A stretch of DNA of 24,000 nt from Alphaproteobacteria bacterium. Lineage in GTDB: Bacteria; Pseudomonadota; Alphaproteobacteria; SP197. Location of the stretch: the NCBI GenBank assembly GCA_040905845.1, contig JBBDQV010000125.1:6737-30736 (forward strand). Direction: 5' to 3'. The translations under genes and the position numbers were made by a program. Positions within the stretch are counted from its first letter, which is position 1. Each line of letters opens with the position of its first letter. The notes beneath the pieces are model-generated. The model had not been told where the DNA came from. It saw only the letters and a list, made by a program, of their open reading frames with translations, and made no database searches. Of the stretch, positions 23,251 through 24,000 are shown piece by piece.

Positions 23251-24000
23251 ATGGAACGCATTCGCATCAAGGGCGGCCGTCGGCTGAGCGGCGAGATCGT
23301 CATCGGCGGCGCCAAGAACGCCGCGCTTCCCCTCATGGCGGCGGCCCTGCTGACCGACCGTCCCCTCGTTCTCGGCAACCTGCCGGCGCTCGCCGACATC
23401 GCGTCGATGGCTGCGCTCCTGATGCGCCACGGCGTCGCGATCACGGAGGTCCGCGAGCCGAACGGCCGCCACGGCCGCGCGCTCGAGCTCCACGCCGAGC
23501 GCATCACCGACACGCGCGCGCCCTATGACCTGGTGCGCAAGATGCGCGCCTCGGTGCTCGTGCTCGGCCCGCTGGTCGCGCGTTGCGGCCACGCCGAGGT
23601 CTCGCTGCCGGGCGGCTGCGCCATCGGCACCCGGCCGATCGACCTGCACCTCAAGGGCCTCGAGCAACTCGGCGCGAGGATCGAGCTCAGCGACGGCTAC
23701 GTTCTTGCCGAGGCTCCGGGCGGACTGGTCGGTAGCCACGTCCACTTCCCGATCGTCTCGGTCGGAGCGACCGAGAACCTGCTGATGGCGGCGACGCTCG
23801 CCCGGGGCGAGTCGGTGCTGGCCAACGCCGCGCGCGAGCCCGAGATCGCCGACCTGGCCCGCTGCCTCGTCGCCATGGGGGCGCGCATCGAGGGCATCGG
23901 CACGGACACGCTCCGCGTCCAGGGCGTCGACCGGCTCGACGGCGCGCGGCACGACGTCGTCGCCGACCGCGTCGAGGCCGGGACATTCGCCATGGCGAGC
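23251..24000 (+). CDS. murA: UDP-N-acetylglucosamine 1-carboxyvinyltransferase (5' part; runs off the window end)
   Basis: The frame is open from ATG 23251 to the window end. The translation [34 protein letters not shown]...[19 protein letters not shown]...[14 protein letters not shown] is characteristic of MurA and includes the active-site Cys loop. It is not in the ORF track because no stop lies in the window. Confidence 0.95.
   Translation, partial: MERIRIKGGRRLSGEIVIGGAKNAALPLMAAALLTDRPLVLGNLPALADIASMAALLMRHGVAITEVREPNGRHGRALELHAERITDTRAPYDLVRKMRASVLVLGPLVARCGHAEVSLPGGCAIGTRPIDLHLKGLEQLGARIELSDGYVLAEAPGGLVGSHVHFPIVSVGATENLLMAATLARGESVLANAAREPEIADLARCLVAMGARIEGIGTDTLRVQGVDRLDGARHDVVADRVEAGTFAMAS

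Noticed and set aside
1-24000. Searched for defence or mobile hallmarks: CRISPR repeats, Cas-like, restriction-modification, toxin-antitoxin pairs, integrase/transposase, phage genes, retron/DGR-like RT, and large ATPase/nuclease ORFs.
   Set aside because: None of the credible ORFs shows such motifs. The only regularly spaced repeat is the two-copy 30-mer inside the small ORF, which is not CRISPR-like. The window looks like a metabolic accessory region rather than a defence island.

Overview
Very GC-rich bacterial chromosomal window. Codon bias and the palindromic intergenic elements look alphaproteobacterial. It is densely packed with transport and catabolic genes. Left to right:
(1) The tail of a Gly/Thr/Asp-rich ORF entering from upstream.
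(2) A four-gene PotABCD-type ABC importer: ATPase, Tat-signal binding protein, two permeases.
(3) A convergent EamA/DMT exporter-type gene.
(4) A module made of a creatinase/DoeA-like M24 hydrolase, an unusual triple-RidA fusion protein, an SDR and a PuuE-type cyclic-amide hydrolase.
(5) A LuxR-family regulator with an autoinducer-binding-like N-domain and no LuxI in the window. It diverges from an SDR gene that is flanked by two copies of a 23-bp lux-box-like motif.
(6) An operon of an orphan PotD-type binding protein, an SDR and acoA/acoB/acoC-like genes (TPP-dependent E1 alpha/beta plus a lipoyl/alpha-beta-hydrolase E2).
(7) A minus-strand run of TauD-family dioxygenase, polysaccharide deacetylase, SDR and MBL-fold hydrolase.
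(8) A divergent ADP-forming acyl-CoA synthetase.
(9) tRNA-Thr(GGU), a small charged ORF carrying a perfect internal 30-bp duplication, and the 5' part of murA.
I see no CRISPR array, transposase, integrase, phage gene or recognisable defence or toxin-antitoxin gene. The long ORFs antisense to these genes are GC-driven shadow ORFs. The items most worth follow-up are the single-chain triple RidA protein, the LuxR solo with its duplicated CT-N12-AG box upstream of the aco-like operon, and the degenerate-looking M24 and PuuE-like hydrolase pair. All functional assignments rest on motif recognition by eye. No database search was run.
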